Shown in pieces: positions 1 to 13,031 of a stretch of DNA of 64,000 nucleotides. Below the pieces are notes generated by a model. That model searched no databases. It was given only the letters and a program-made list of their open reading frames with translations, and had not been told where the DNA came from. Origin of the DNA: Lytechinus pictus (lineage: Eukaryota). Made by a program: the position numbers and the translations under genes. Position 1 is the stretch's first letter, and each line of letters begins with the position of its first letter. The DNA lies in the NCBI RefSeq assembly GCF_037042905.1, contig NW_026974140.1, positions 1,614,001-1,678,000 of the forward strand, read 5' to 3'.

Positions 1-324
1 GTATTGCTTTGCTGTGCATGTGTATATATGCGTGTATTGTGTATTGTGCATGTATATGCGTGTATTGTGTATACATGTATCGTGCATGCAGCGTGTGTGT
101 GGCCAACGGTAAACCAACGGGAGTTTCTCTACTGAGATTTCTATTGCAAGCGCCTCTGCTCGCTGCTGCTGAATACACAGCGAAGTGCGGAGTGCAAGCC
201 GCGGTTCATGCATGCACAATGTCAATGGCGATTGGGTGGTTGAGCGTATAAACGATGCTACTTCGCGGGATGTTCCTGAGAAACTCCCATTTGTTCCTGA
301 CAAATATGGTAAATATTCCTGACA
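1..324 (-). mobile_element. Putative 3' LTR, running off the window edge
   Basis: On the minus strand a purine-rich AAAGGGATGGT precedes TGTCAGGAAT; no matching 5' LTR found in the window. Confidence 0.35.
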
Positions 325-2535
325 ACCATCCCTTTAGGTTGGCATCTCTGCCATGCCCTTGACTAGCATGGGGCTGATCCGGCGGACGAGCATGACGACA
401 TCCCTCAGGGACAGACAGATCAGCAGGACCATGCCCTGGACTAGCATGGGGTTGACCTGGCGGACGAGCCTGTCTACATCCTTCAGGGGTGGACGACCGA
501 AAGTTCTGCGAGATCAACCCATCCACGACACATGGTACCCGCGCCAGATGGATAGCTGGCGCAGTAGAGCTACTGCTGCTGACGTTAGCCGGGCACAGAG
601 GCATAGCGGTTAACCCGGTGTTTGCTCTGTGGCTGTTACTCGTGTCGACGGGTAACACCAAATCGGCCGATGGTGTAACGGACACGGTATCAACACTTCC
701 GGGAGTGTCAAACCTTCGATCACGAGGCAGCACGGTACCTCCACGGTCAATGAAACTGTTGCTACCAATGCAGCAATCCAGTAGCATATCAGGCGACATG
801 TTAGGCAAAGTCAGGTTAGGCAATACCATCACGTCAGGCAAAGTCACGTTCGGCAAAATTGTCACATCAGGCAAAGTCAATGTAGGCGAAACTGTCACAT
901 CAGACAAAGTCAAGGTGCATGTAGGTGGAACTGTCACATCAGGCAAAGTGAAGTTAGACAAAACTGTCACATCAGACAGAGAGCAAGAACCATAGTTCAG
1001 ACTAGGATCCAAATCAAGGGACTTTGTGAAACTGTAGATCACATTGGATTGGCAACAATCCCAAATTACCAAAGACTGAAAATCATCGGCAGAAAGTGGA
1101 GAGCAACTCGATCCACTCTGAGTAGTAAAGGTAACATTGCCATGCCAACAATCAATGCAATGGAGTGTAGAAGTTCTGAAATCACTGACAAGTGAACCCG
1201 GAGGAAAACATGAACTGCTTTCATGATTGTTTGTAACTGTACACTCTTGGAACAATGAGGGCTCTCTGGCCTTGGTATCATGACCAGTTACTTCACTGAT
1301 ATTAAATACTACATCATCTTTATTTGTTTCATTTGCATCTGTTATGTGATCAATAAGCACATAATCTCCATAAGTTTTATAACTGCACCAACATAAGCTT
1401 CATATCCATATTCCTCATTACATTGTTTCACATCACCTTGGTCACTTTCATACATCAGACTGTCACTAGCTGCATACTCAACCTTTTCATTCCATCCTTT
1501 CATGTCAGCACTGTTTGTTACATTTACCTCATCATCACTAGTCATGTATCCATCATCAGCATTACATTGTTTCACATCAACTATGTTAGAGTCATGACCC
1601 CCACCATCACTACTCTCGTATCCATCATCTACATTGCATGGTTTCATTTCACCTTTGTTAGTTTCAAGCACCTCACCATCACTAGTCGCATCTCTTCGGT
1701 CTTTATTCCGAGACGTACAATCGTTACTTTTATATTCATTCATCTCACTATCACTTGCCTCATATTCATCATCATCTTTGTGTATGTAAGTGTTTACTGG
1801 TGTGACCGTGATCCCTAATGTAACATGATTATCAATTCCATGACTAACATCCATTGTACTCTCATTTTTCTCACATTCCCGATCATTTAAAATGTAATTC
1901 GTAATTGAATATATGCCAGCGAGATCAACATCACGAAAACATGGCGGAGGTGCTTGAGATGACGAACCATAGCAGAAAGTTGCACTATCACCAAACATGA
2001 TCAACCGCTTGGAGGGGCGAACAGAAATATCGTTCTGCTCCATGAACGGAGCCCCAGCAACAATACCACAAGAACCACTCAAGTAGCCATCCTGGACTAC
2101 CACACCGTCAAACCAAAGCTCACATCCTGCATAAAATAATGTTAACTGGGTTAAACTGACCACCTAGGTCTGATCTACTAGACTAAGCATGGACACATCA
2201 TCAACGAAACAATCACCAAAACCAAAATCATTAACAAGAATCTCAACACCAATATCATCTGCTACAGATTCAGTGATTAAATTGAGCTGTGATCCGCTCT
2301 TTAATTCAACATTAATCCGCGAATTATCAATCGTGCGGGCACAAAAACAAGGTTTATTCAACATCTGCCTGCTAGCAGAAAACTGGCGCCACCCTGGTTG
2401 CGACGACCTGCTAGCCGAACGCCAGCTCGATGCATCGTGAACGGCTGCCGCGGCGATCAACGCGACCCTGGCCATGGTATATGTGGGACTACACAAATTT
2501 ATATTCGGGAAGAAACCCAACCTCTCGTCTACCAC
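206..2535 (-). pseudogene. Decayed Gypsy-like aspartic-protease ORF followed by repetitive peptide, probably a non-autonomous LTR element
   Basis: Three ORFs joined by one in-frame TAG (2164-2166) and a frameshift near 1350; ELKSGSQLNLITESVA (degenerate DSG motif) and AGAPFMEQNDISVRPSKRLI resemble retropepsins; no RT or integrase seen. Confidence 0.55.
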
Positions 2536-3737
2536 CGATAGAACACGGCGTGCCTAACCCCAAATTATAGGGTTAAATTAACTTGGGAAGGCTTATTTAT
2601 ACTCGATGGGTGGATAAATCCAGCTGCCACCACGCCATGGGTTAATAAGGGCCAACTTAATGTAAAAGAAGTAAATAAACTAGACAACTTTGAAGTTACG
2701 TGTTACTGTCTTTAATAACCATGGCCAAGAGACCAACACAAGGTGGCGCGCTTACACTTAGCGCAAGTAACATCGAATCATCACTATAATACTAAAACAA
2801 CATACTGGCGGTGGATTCCCGTGTCGTAGCAACCCTTGTCCTTGTTTGCTAATCTTCAGTGCAGCGTCTCGCGGCTCTCTTCGTGCTGCCTTGGTTGCGT
2901 TTAGCTCATCAGGCGCAGTTCCGTTAGGAGGCCAAGGCCCGCGATACCACGAGTATCAGATCGTCAGGTCTCGAGATTTCTTCCTTGACGAATTGAAGGT
3001 CGCTTTTTGCACTCGTCCATCACTTCCTGTCGCTTCCTTGGAAGATTTTCATCTGAGGAGACGAGTCTCTCTCAGCTCTCATGTAGTCTACAAATGTAGA
3101 CCCACATCTGCAATGTGTGTATCACAGCTGATTCAACGAGTCTGCATAGCAGACTAGGTCTACTGAGGCTGCAAATGGCTCGCTTCGCTCGCACTTTCAG
3201 GCTGGTTTGCTTTGCAAACCAGCAGATCCCACCTCACAAGCCATTCAGAGTCTGCATAGCAGACTAGCTCTCATGGTGGAGGCCTATGCATCCTCATCTC
3301 CCTGTTCCCTTGCTTTTCTTGTTCTAGACATGCCTCCCCACGTTTTTGAATCCGTGCTGGGCTAGCATAGTTAAAGGGATGTATCCCAGTTATTGAAATA
3401 AATCTTGAAAATACTTCGTTGATTTTCTTATTTAAGAGATAACTGTGGATACATCCCTTTAAACCCTCCCACCAGCCCCTCGCCATGCATGGCAACACGT
3501 CTCCTTGGTTCACACTCGGAAGAGGAAATGACGTGGCCGTGATTCATCAACTGGGCGTAATGCTCGGGTCAGCGAGATGGGTCACCGCGCAAGGAAATTT
3601 GTGTGTGTTGTCTTCATTTATCTGAATGAATAAGCATAGTGTAAAGGAATGTATCCAGTTATCTCCTAAATAAGAAATCAATGTATTTTCATGTTTTCTC
3701 TCATTTTTTTGCTTTTTCACATATTCAGACTCCAGAA

Positions 3738-4160
3738 GGGGGGGGGGGGGCACTCACATTTATTGGTAGTATGGGGATGTGCCGCTTTGATAACCCCCTT
3801 TCAGACCTAATTTTTTGTTCTCTAGATACTCCAAATGACAAAAATTTCGTTCAGAAGCCGCCCCGCCCTGCTTGCAAGTCCCCCGTTTCCGAAACATCTG
3901 AGTTCTCTTGCCCAGCCAAAATTGTCCAGCGCGAGAGCTGCACGTACAGCTTTCCATGCACCACTATCGCCCATTTATACATGCACAGCGCTAGCGTGCA
4001 CCTACCTTCTATACCATAATCAAGTTCCGTAGACCCTGCTTTTCACACTGCCCACATATATTTAGTTCCCCCGTATTGAACCGTTGTGGTCAGTTCTTTA
4101 GACCCCCATTTCAGGGTTTCATAAGGCACACCCCCATCAAAAATAATTTGAGTGCCCCTC
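3738..4160. mobile_element. Degenerate MITE with poly-G/CACTC ends, similar to 58253-58814
   Basis: ggggggggcactc ... gagtgcccctccc. Confidence 0.5.
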
Positions 4161-5158
4161 CCCACTGGCATTTAGACATCCCATCTCATACTTTTTTTGG
4201 TCGAAAAATGAAGCGGCCAACAGCAAAAAAGAAATTGAATATGATTTATATATTCTTATGCATTTTTTTAATTAAGCCATTTTACTTTGATAAGCTTTAG
4301 GTCTGGATTGCAGCCTGTAATTGTCTTTTAATGCCCTTGTTATTTTGGAAAACTATGATATATGAGCCTGTCTGTACATGTACATGATTTGGTTAGCCAG
4401 CAGGTAATGAGTACTAACCTCCACAAAGCACTGGTTTGACAAATCCATAATATTCTATCCAATATTACTATCCGATTGGAAGGTCTTGACTTTGACATGG
4501 CAGAATATCTTATTTTTATAATGTTTGAGAAATGAATAGAAAACCCCTGGATGAATTTTTTTTTCTCTCTGGGAAAAACAAATTGTAGTCATTTTCCGTA
4601 ATCATCGAGGGACACGTTCTTGTCACCGCTGTGATGATATCTTAATAACTACAGATAACTTTGCCTGAGTTGAATATATTAGTACAAAATAGATTTGACG
4701 TAAAACTTGAACCTGGAAGAGTAATCACTTTCAGCAGCTTCAAAGCTATCCCAGGATGAAAACATTCTGTGTATCAGTGCGAGGTGCCATGGTGAGGTAA
4801 AATAATGGGGAAAAAAAACATTTGCCGCAGTGGCAACTCCCATTTTCAGCGTCAAATCTGTGTTTCAGTGGCAAATCTAAAAACAGCGTCAAGTTTGCAT
4901 TTCATGAAACATTGACACAGAAAGTCAAAAGTTTTATGAAACGAGGCCCCTGATCTATTATGCTTTTAGTTGGGAGAATATTTGACTATATGATGAAAGT
5001 TTACCTGTATATTGTAATCCAATTTTTTTTCTTTGGCATACTTCCTTTAATATTTTTCTTGATTTTTTTTGGTAAATTTGCATAACATTGTTTGGTGATA
5101 TATCATTTGTTAGTCAGATATATCTCTCAGAGAGTTGCTTGTTTTATTTCTTTTCCAG

Positions 5159-5241
5159 GTAATTACACAGTGAAAGAATTGGAAAGAAGATGTTGTGAGT
5201 GGGAGATGGCTAAGAATGCAGCAGATGAGTTAAACCACTGT
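5159..5241 (+). CDS. Internal exon of an unidentified plus-strand gene, possibly the end of a BTB domain
   Basis: Strong acceptor ttttatttcttttccag and donor gtaagt; open frame (G)NYTVKELERRCCEWEMAKNAADELNHC. Confidence 0.6.
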
Positions 5242-7348
5242 GTAAGTTCATATGATGTATTTAATATTTCTTTCTTAGGATTACCCACCCCTTGTTGTTT
5301 GCAGATTTTCACACATGTTCTGAAAAAAAATAAGTGATGTATTTCTGCTTGTTTATCATCATTTCCTTGTAATGTAAATGTTACAACAACTATAAATGAC
5401 GCAATTGTAAGAAAACCCTACCCAGCTTGAGTATCATTGGTAGTTACATGTGCTGAAAAGTGCTGCCCCAAAGTCATTTTTATTATGAATGTTATTCCAC
5501 TGACAATATAATCTGTTTCATCCCTCAAATTATGTTCACAAGGTCTTCATCTTCTTTTAATACATGTCAGTGATATACAATGCTTATCCACATTAATCTG
5601 GAAGGTTGGTATATGATGAAAAAAAGAAATAATTACATTATTTTATTGAGTTAAATTTACCTGGAAATATAAATATAAAATTTCTTGTGTTTTCATATTA
5701 CTCAAATTATTCACAACACAAATGGCTGATAAAATCTTGAAGACATTAAGCATACATTCTATTCACTTCAAAAGTTTTTTTCATTAATCATCAGTAACTT
5801 TCAATTTAATGCCCATATCGAAAAATGGTTGATAGGAAATAAATCATCAAATTTATTAGATGTACAAATGTAAACTTTGAAAATTATAGTTTTCCTTGGA
5901 AATTTACAGACTTGTTGATAGTAAGAATTCTTGATGCTCTTATTTTAAGGTAAAATGCAGTAATGAAATTAATATCATCATGTTGCCAATATAGATTAAG
6001 AAAGCTTATTGAAAAAGAAGAACTGGAATGGTATTCTGGAGACTGTTGTATAAATCTTGATTTTTTTAATCCTTTCTCAAATATATAAAAAATAAAGTGT
6101 TCTGGAAGGTACAGTACATACCGATTTATGACACTCTAAGCTGTGTCTTACCTGACAGAGTTATGGAAAAAAGATAGGTCAGGCATATATCTCTTCAGCT
6201 GAGGGTATCTTTATGAACAAAAATGTACATCAATTTTCTGATGTTATTTTAAGGATTTGTATACATTTCAACCAGTATCAGAGGCTGAAAGATTGTTTGC
6301 TATGATTCCTTCGAATAAAGTAAGGATATTTACACCACAAGAAAGTGAGGTTTTAGAAGGGGATATACGTTATTCAGAAATACTTGATGCAGTTAAAGTA
6401 TACATCCAAAGAATCAAAAGTATTTTATAATGACTTTATGTGGTCATCATTGTAAAGGGGAAGTATTACTAATCAGATATATAACTTCACTTTTCAAAAT
6501 AGTGATCAGAGATTGCAGAAATCAGCTCTCAAAAATGATTTATTTTCATGCCATATTTCTGCCTTCCACCGGTCCTCTTGCGAGCTCCAGCTGAGTGACG
6601 TCACACAATGAGCAGTGAGCAGCTGAGCTGACAGCAGCCCATTGGAGACGATCTTTCCAATCAGCGTTTTTTGCTCTTAGAATTGTTTATTCCTCTTAAG
6701 ATTGGTCTTGTTATATAGATAAAAGTTTGAATTTACTGAACAGTGAAAAAAAGTGCACATTTAACGTATTTTGGTGACCGATATTTAGCTTAGAATTTTT
6801 TTTTTTTTTCAAGAAATATAGGTGAATAAACAAAGCATATTTTCACGTAGAAATCACACTTGCGTCACATTAATGTTATAGTCAATATAAAGCATAGACA
6901 TTCTTCTTTATGACTGAACAAAAATTATGAAATTTCATTAAGTAGCAAAGTCAGGAATCACAAAAAAAACACGGCAATATCCATTCGGAAATGACTGAAA
7001 TTGCAGTTGAATTGCCGAAGCATTATTAGGAAACAGCGGCGAGCGGACTTTCTTTCATATATCTTAAAAATGCCTTCCTGTTAGGGCGATGGTCTGTGGC
7101 CAAATGCGTTGGCCATTGTTTTGTCATGTGCGAGGACCCTGGTTCGAAACTCGGATTTTTTTTTTCTGGGTATTTTTTTTTTATTCCTTCCCCGTCCCTA
7201 CCCATCTTTTTTTTCTCTTTTTATTTTCTTGTGAAATTCTATTCAGACCTGTATTTATCAAATCTTGCTTCTTAATTGCTGCTTTTGATTTTCAAGTTCT
7301 TGATTAGATTATTTCTACTCTTATTTGGGATGGGAGGGGTAGAGTTAA

Positions 7349-7679
7349 AAGTCAAGTCCACATCAACTAAAAATTATTTGAATAGAGTGATTTCCCTTGT
7401 TGTTTTTACTCAAAACAGTCATATACACAAAACAATGATATGCAAATTAGAGTTGTCACTCACATCACATTCGTTTCTATTTTTTGTGGCATTTTGTTTT
7501 TTATTCTTTGCAGATTTGACGATAGGAAACTCTTCATCTGATCACAATAGGTTATATTTACGGAACTGTTAAAATAGTAATTATATAAATTTGAATCAAA
7601 GTTTTTATGAAATTTCCTGCAATATCTTGTTATTTTTCTTTAAATTCAAATGAATTTTTGATTGCGTGGACTTCTCCTT
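7349..7679. mobile_element. Degenerate TTAA MITE, same family as 24645-25240
   Basis: ttaa|aagtcaagtccac ... gtggacttctcct|ttac. Confidence 0.6.
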
Positions 7680-8646
7680 TACTCTTAATGTAGGGAATGC
7701 ATAGCAAAATTTATCCAGAAACAAAATTGTCTTAGAATATGCAAATCAGTAATTGGACACATGTTCACTTTTCTTTCATCCAGGCCACTTCCTCACATCC
7801 ACCAGGCTTTCAGTCTGATGATGAACCATCACACAACATTCACAGTGCTTCACAATAAATATTTCACTTCTGTTCATACATGCAATAAATATTGTGGAAA
7901 ACAAATAAAAGGCGTACCCATATTCAAATACCGTTTAAAAGGACAAATATATTATACCTTTCGAGAAAAATCAGCACGTTAAATATCTGATAACAAAACA
8001 TAATTATGGGGCACTGCAAGAAACTTATGTTCAATTGCAAATCAAGCGTAAGTCTTAAATTCAAATTCAAGCGTAATAAGGTCGAGTTGCAATCGCAATT
8101 CAACTACATGTTTAATCAAAGGACTTTCCCTTGATTTGGGACGTGTGATTGAGTATAACATTTCTCGCAAAATGCCCTAGTAACATTAAAATTGTTCTTT
8201 CGTTTTAAATTGTGTGTTATTATTTTTGACAAGCTGTATTCCTGTCCGAGTAAAATTTCTTAGTTCTCTCCAAAACTGTGCTCAAAATTGTTTCCAAGAT
8301 TGATAAAGAAATTTTTTCTTTTGTATCATTATCATTCCACAACTTGCAAACCGTAGGTCCTGGAAAGAGTGAAGAAAAAAATGGCTATATCCAAATCATA
8401 GTAAAAGGACATGATGGAATCTCCCAGATTGAGGTAGCAAGCAGAGACCAGAAGTCACCAGAGTTAGAAATTGTGCAGATCTGTGTGTAGAAGAGAGAAA
8501 AAAAGAAATAGTTTAAATAATCAAATCAAAGTATGAATTTAATTATCGTGATGATTGATGACGTGCGGTGGCATGTAATTCCCGGTCAACAACAAATGAT
8601 AGTAGGTTTAGACACCTGAAAAGTTCCACTCAGAACACTGGTGCTC

Positions 8647-8803
8647 TACCTCAAGTGATGTTTGTGTAGGCCCCACTCCACTTCACTACCGCTACACTAC
8701 CGTACATGTACGCCACACCTACCCGGGTAAGTGTGTAGCGTAGTGTAGGCTGTAGCAGTACTCCAGTAGTGAAGTGGAGACTACACGAACATCACTTGAG
8801 GTA
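8647..8803. mobile_element. Small hAT-like MITE
   Basis: TIR tacctcaagtgatgtt / aacatcacttgaggta; 8-bp TSD tggtgctc / cggtgctc (one mismatch). Confidence 0.75.
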
Positions 8804-8931
8804 CGGTGCTCTCTGAGTCTCTGTGTCATTACAAAGATTGCATTTATCTTCATTGTTGAAGGCATTACGCATACATATATGCAGCAACACTCTAATCAGA
8901 AAGAAACACCAGACTCTAATTTTGGCCCACC

Positions 8932-9532
8932 CAAGGGTTCATTACATGCCGCCGCACACAGAAAATTCAAGCAATAGAAGTCGTGGACCCAAGAAGTGAG
9001 ATCCCAGCACGCGCAACCCACTAGTTAGAAATCCACTGCCAAACGCGGTTCGTGGTTAGTATACTAATACTAACCTCGCAATACGTACTAGTAGTATACT
9101 AATACTAACCTCGCAATACGTGTGAGTGATTTTGGCCAGGAATCAGGGTAATCACTGCTGAAAATTTGTCTGGCTTCATGACATCGGCATCATGGTGATA
9201 TAATTCTGTGTATAATAAAAACTTAAACATTCCTCTGAAACAGCAGATTTTCAGCCATGGTCCATACCACTCAGTGCTCCTAAATAATTTAATTGCCTGC
9301 CTGAGTCCTGACCAGTTTTAGAAATCTGAAGAAAAAATCTGCTGGAATTGTGCCACTCACACGTATTAAGTATACTAACCCCGCACCACGAACCGCGTTT
9401 GGCAGTGGATTTCTAACTAGTGGGTCGCGCGTGCTTAGCCTGGAGGCGTCTGGGATCTCACTTCTTGGGTCCACAACACACGACTTCTATGGCTTGATTT
9501 TTCTGTGCGTGGCGGCATGTAATGAACCCTTG
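8932..9532. mobile_element. Palindromic MITE with long TIRs
   Basis: caagggttcattacatgccgcc ... ggcggcatgtaatgaacccttg; arms pair over more than 100 bp with indels; internal 34-bp tandem duplication at about 9057-9121. Confidence 0.8.
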
Positions 9533-10436
9533 CCTTGGGTGGAATTGTACAAAAACATTATTTCTAAAATAAAAACTTTTTAATTTTAATAGTAGTTATG
9601 CCAAAATGCCTGATTCTAAACTTATATCAGATCTGTATCTGTCATCTGACCTGAATGCATCGTCAGAACAAGTACAGTTTCCAAACATGCTTACCTTGAC
9701 TTTTGACTGGATCAAACAGCGTAGCCTGCAACATGCATCGGGAGCAAGTGAATGGGACCGTGCAGCTTGGAGTTTTTCAATAGTTAGTAGAGCAACACAA
9801 CGAAGACTGTCGAGTGGACAAAATCGATCTTTCCAGTTCACAATTCAATAAAAAACGGGCAAAATAACACAGTTCTGGTTCCCTTATAGTCTGAAGTTGT
9901 CGAAAACAGAATTCGGATGTCACATTACATGAAGAAAACGGTAAATTCGGAAGATATTGAAGAGGTCAGTAAGGTGATTCAGTGTATTATGCACAGAGGG
10001 CCGATGAGCTCGATTATTGTGTGACGTCATTATTCTCGACTGTTTTCACTGCGTGAACTGTCGGTCTGGGGGGCGGCTGGGGGGCTTAGAATGGTCTCTA
10101 ATAATTTCATTTCTTGCATTTCCACGACATCGATAAGACTTTTTAGTGACATATTTGTGTATAAAAAGACAAGACCTTTCCATTCATATATAATTTGTCT
10201 ATAATCATCACTTTCGTGAATTTTCTTTGTGTGTATACTTTAAACAGATTAAAATTGGTAAAGCGCCCGGTCAAGACGACTTTACAGCTGAATTTTTAAA
10301 GTATTTTATTAATGATATAGGAATTTATTTGTGGTGAAGTGTCAAAAATGCTTATTTGACTGGTGAATTATCTCCTTCACAAAACTTAGGTCTTATAACT
10401 TTAATCCCTAAAGGTAATAAGCCCCGTCATTTTATT

Positions 10437-11546
10437 GTCTCACCTGCATAGCAGAGTGAGACTATAGGCGCCGCTTTTGCGACGGCGGCGTCGGTGTCAA
10501 CACCAAATCTTAACCTAAGGTTAAGTTTTTTAAATGACAGCATAACTTAGAAAGTATATGGACCTAGTTCACGAAACTTGGCCATAAGGTTAATCAAGTA
10601 TTACTGAACATCCTGCCTGAGTTTCATGTCACATGACCAAGGTAAAAGGTCGTTTAGGGTAAATGAACTTAGACCATGTTGGGGGAATCAACATCAAAAT
10701 CTTAACCTAAGGTTAAGTTTTTGAAATGTCATCATAACTTAGAAAATATATGGACCTAGTTCATGAAACTTGGACATAAGGTTAATCAAGTATCACTGAA
10801 CATCATGCATGAGTTTCACGTCACATGACAAAGGTCATTTAGGGTCAATGAACTTTGGCCGAATTGGGGGTATCTGTTGAATTACATGTACCATCATAAC
10901 TTTGAAAGTTTATGGATCTGATTCATGAAACTTGGACATAATAGTAATCAAGTATCACTGAACATCCTGCATGAGTTTCACGTCACATGACCAAGGTCAA
11001 AGGTCATTTAGGGTCAATGAACTTTGGCTGAATTGGGGGTATCTGTTGAAGTACCATCATAACTTTGAAAGTTTATGGATTTGATTCATGAAACTTGGAC
11101 ATAATAGTAATTAAGTATTACTGAACATCCTGTGCAAGTTTCAGCTCACATGATCAAGGTCAAAGGTCATTTAGGGTCAATGAACTTTGGCCAAATTGTG
11201 GGTATTTGTTGAATTACCATCATAACTGAAAGTTTATGGATCAGACTCGTGAAACTTGGACATAAGAGTAATCAAGTATCACTGAACATCCTGTGCGAGT
11301 TTCAGGTCACATGATCAAGGTCAAAGGTCATGTAAGGTCAATGAACTTTGGCCACGATGGGGGTATTTGTTGAATTACCATCATATCTAGCTGTAAGTGT
11401 ATTGGTCTAGTTCATAAAACGTGGAAATAAGAGTAACCAAGTATCACTGAACATCTTGTGCGAGTTATAGTAGTTTTCAAAGTCAGCACTTTTGCAATAT
11501 TGAATCGCGTGATGCAGGTGAGACCGGCAGAGGCATTCCACTTGTT
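10437..11546 (+). mobile_element. Helentron-associated non-autonomous element (HINE/DINE-1-like), family A
   Basis: 5' hairpin gtctcacctgcatagcagagtgagac; internal tandem units of about 160-200 bp; 3' subTIR atgcaggtgagac; inserted at TT in the LINE with no longer TSD. Confidence 0.85.
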
Positions 11547-12411
11547 AAAAATTGGAGGCCGATATCTCTTCTTAATGTTGTATACAAAATTTTATCTACA
11601 TGTCTTGCAAATAGGTTAGGAAAAGTATTATCAGTAGTCATTCACACAGATCAGAAAGGATTTTTACCTGGTCGTTTTATTGGGGAAAATATTAGAATAA
11701 TATACGATATCATTGCTTTAGCGGAAAAACAACATTTATCTTGTACTTTAGTGCTATTAGATTTCGAAAAGGCGTTCGATAGTATTTCCCATGGATTCAT
11801 TCAAAAGGTTCTTTCGTTTTTTTTGGGGGGACCATCATTTCAGAGATGGGTGGATGTCTTGCACAGTAATGCTTACTCAAGCGTTATTGTTAATTCTCAA
11901 TTGTCACACAGATTTAATATCCAAAGGGGCTGTAAACAAGGGGATCCAATTTCTCCTTACCTTTTCATTATGTATGTGGAAATTCTTGCATTATGGATAT
12001 GAAATTCAAACCAATGTGAGGGAATCAGCGTAAACAAAAGAGAATTCAAAATACTTCAATATGCCGATGATACGGCTTTATTTATTTCTGGCTCAAATAA
12101 GTCTTTTAAAAAAGTGTTGGAGATGATTTCTTTTTTCACTCAATTTACTGGACTTAAACTCAATTCACAAAAGACGCAAATTATTTTTTGGGGTAACCTG
12201 AAAAAGACAAGTTTAGACATTGAATTAGAAGTAAACTGATAAAGGATACTTATTTCCGCTATCTTGGTACAGATTTTCATGTGAATATTAAAAAGATCCC
12301 AGATTTCAATTACGATAGGATTTTTGATAAATTGAAAAGACAGATGATTTCATGGTCGAAGAGAAATATTACACCTTTGGGTAGAATTACAGTGGCTAAA
12401 TCCCTTTTACT

Positions 12412-13031
12412 GAGCACTTTTAGAAATGTACGTCGACATAGTGGACTGGTACGAGATGACATCATTTTTTGGCCTGCCATATGCCTCAGGTCCTCACACA
12501 CGTCCACTATCAAAATCGAGAACCTCGCCACATCCATTTTGCGGTTCTCCTAAATCATAGACGACGTGCACGTGAGTGACGTCATTTTAACCGTTCAAGC
12601 CCAGCTTGAAGATCAACCTTTCCCTTTTAAAACACAGTTTTCAGTGACTTTTCACAAAATTAGTTGTACTAATGTACGATGCATTATGTTTATCATATTT
12701 GAAATTGCTTTCTGATCTCCAAAATATACATCGATATATATCCTAACTCGCGTAAAAAGGAATCAAAGCAAGTGAAAGGGCACATGTGCACACGTTGCAC
12801 CTTCGCATCACCCGACCGGGTCGCCAGGCGATGGTGCGCCAGATCTTCCGGGTCGGGCAGTGTGTCATGACCCGCTGCTTATCGCGCTGTTTCATGTGGA
12901 CGTACGTACACGTACAAGTCGAGTGAAATCTAAAGTATTCGCATCTGTAGTGAACAAGGGCAGATGACGACGTTGACTCGAATGATCAGATGACTGCTAC
13001 GTCGTTCACGTTAACTGCTCCTAAAACTCTC
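12412..13031. mobile_element. Non-coding insertion of about 620 bp in the LINE ORF2, probably a DNA element; ends approximate
   Basis: Interrupts VAKSLL...LPQFNHLF; weakly inverted ends gagcacttttag / ctaaaactctc. Confidence 0.65.

Larger units (their letters stand above)
6397..10239. mobile_element. Kolobok-like non-autonomous DNA transposon with TTAA TSD
   Basis: TTAA|agtatacatccaaagaa ... ttctttgtgtgtatact|TTAA; removing it restores LINE codons GAT GCA GTT AAA CAG ATT. Confidence 0.85.

Noticed and set aside
353..1818. Plus-strand ORFs 353-613, 489-995 and 1423-1818
   Set aside because: Antisense shadows of the repetitive minus-strand ORF
5994..6060. Possible extra exon (LRKLIEKEELEWYSGDCC)
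   Set aside because: Weak acceptor; the phase compatible with the 5241 donor stops after five codons
7083..7155. tRNA-like sequence containing ggttcgaaac
   Set aside because: No convincing cloverleaf; lies inside a transposon
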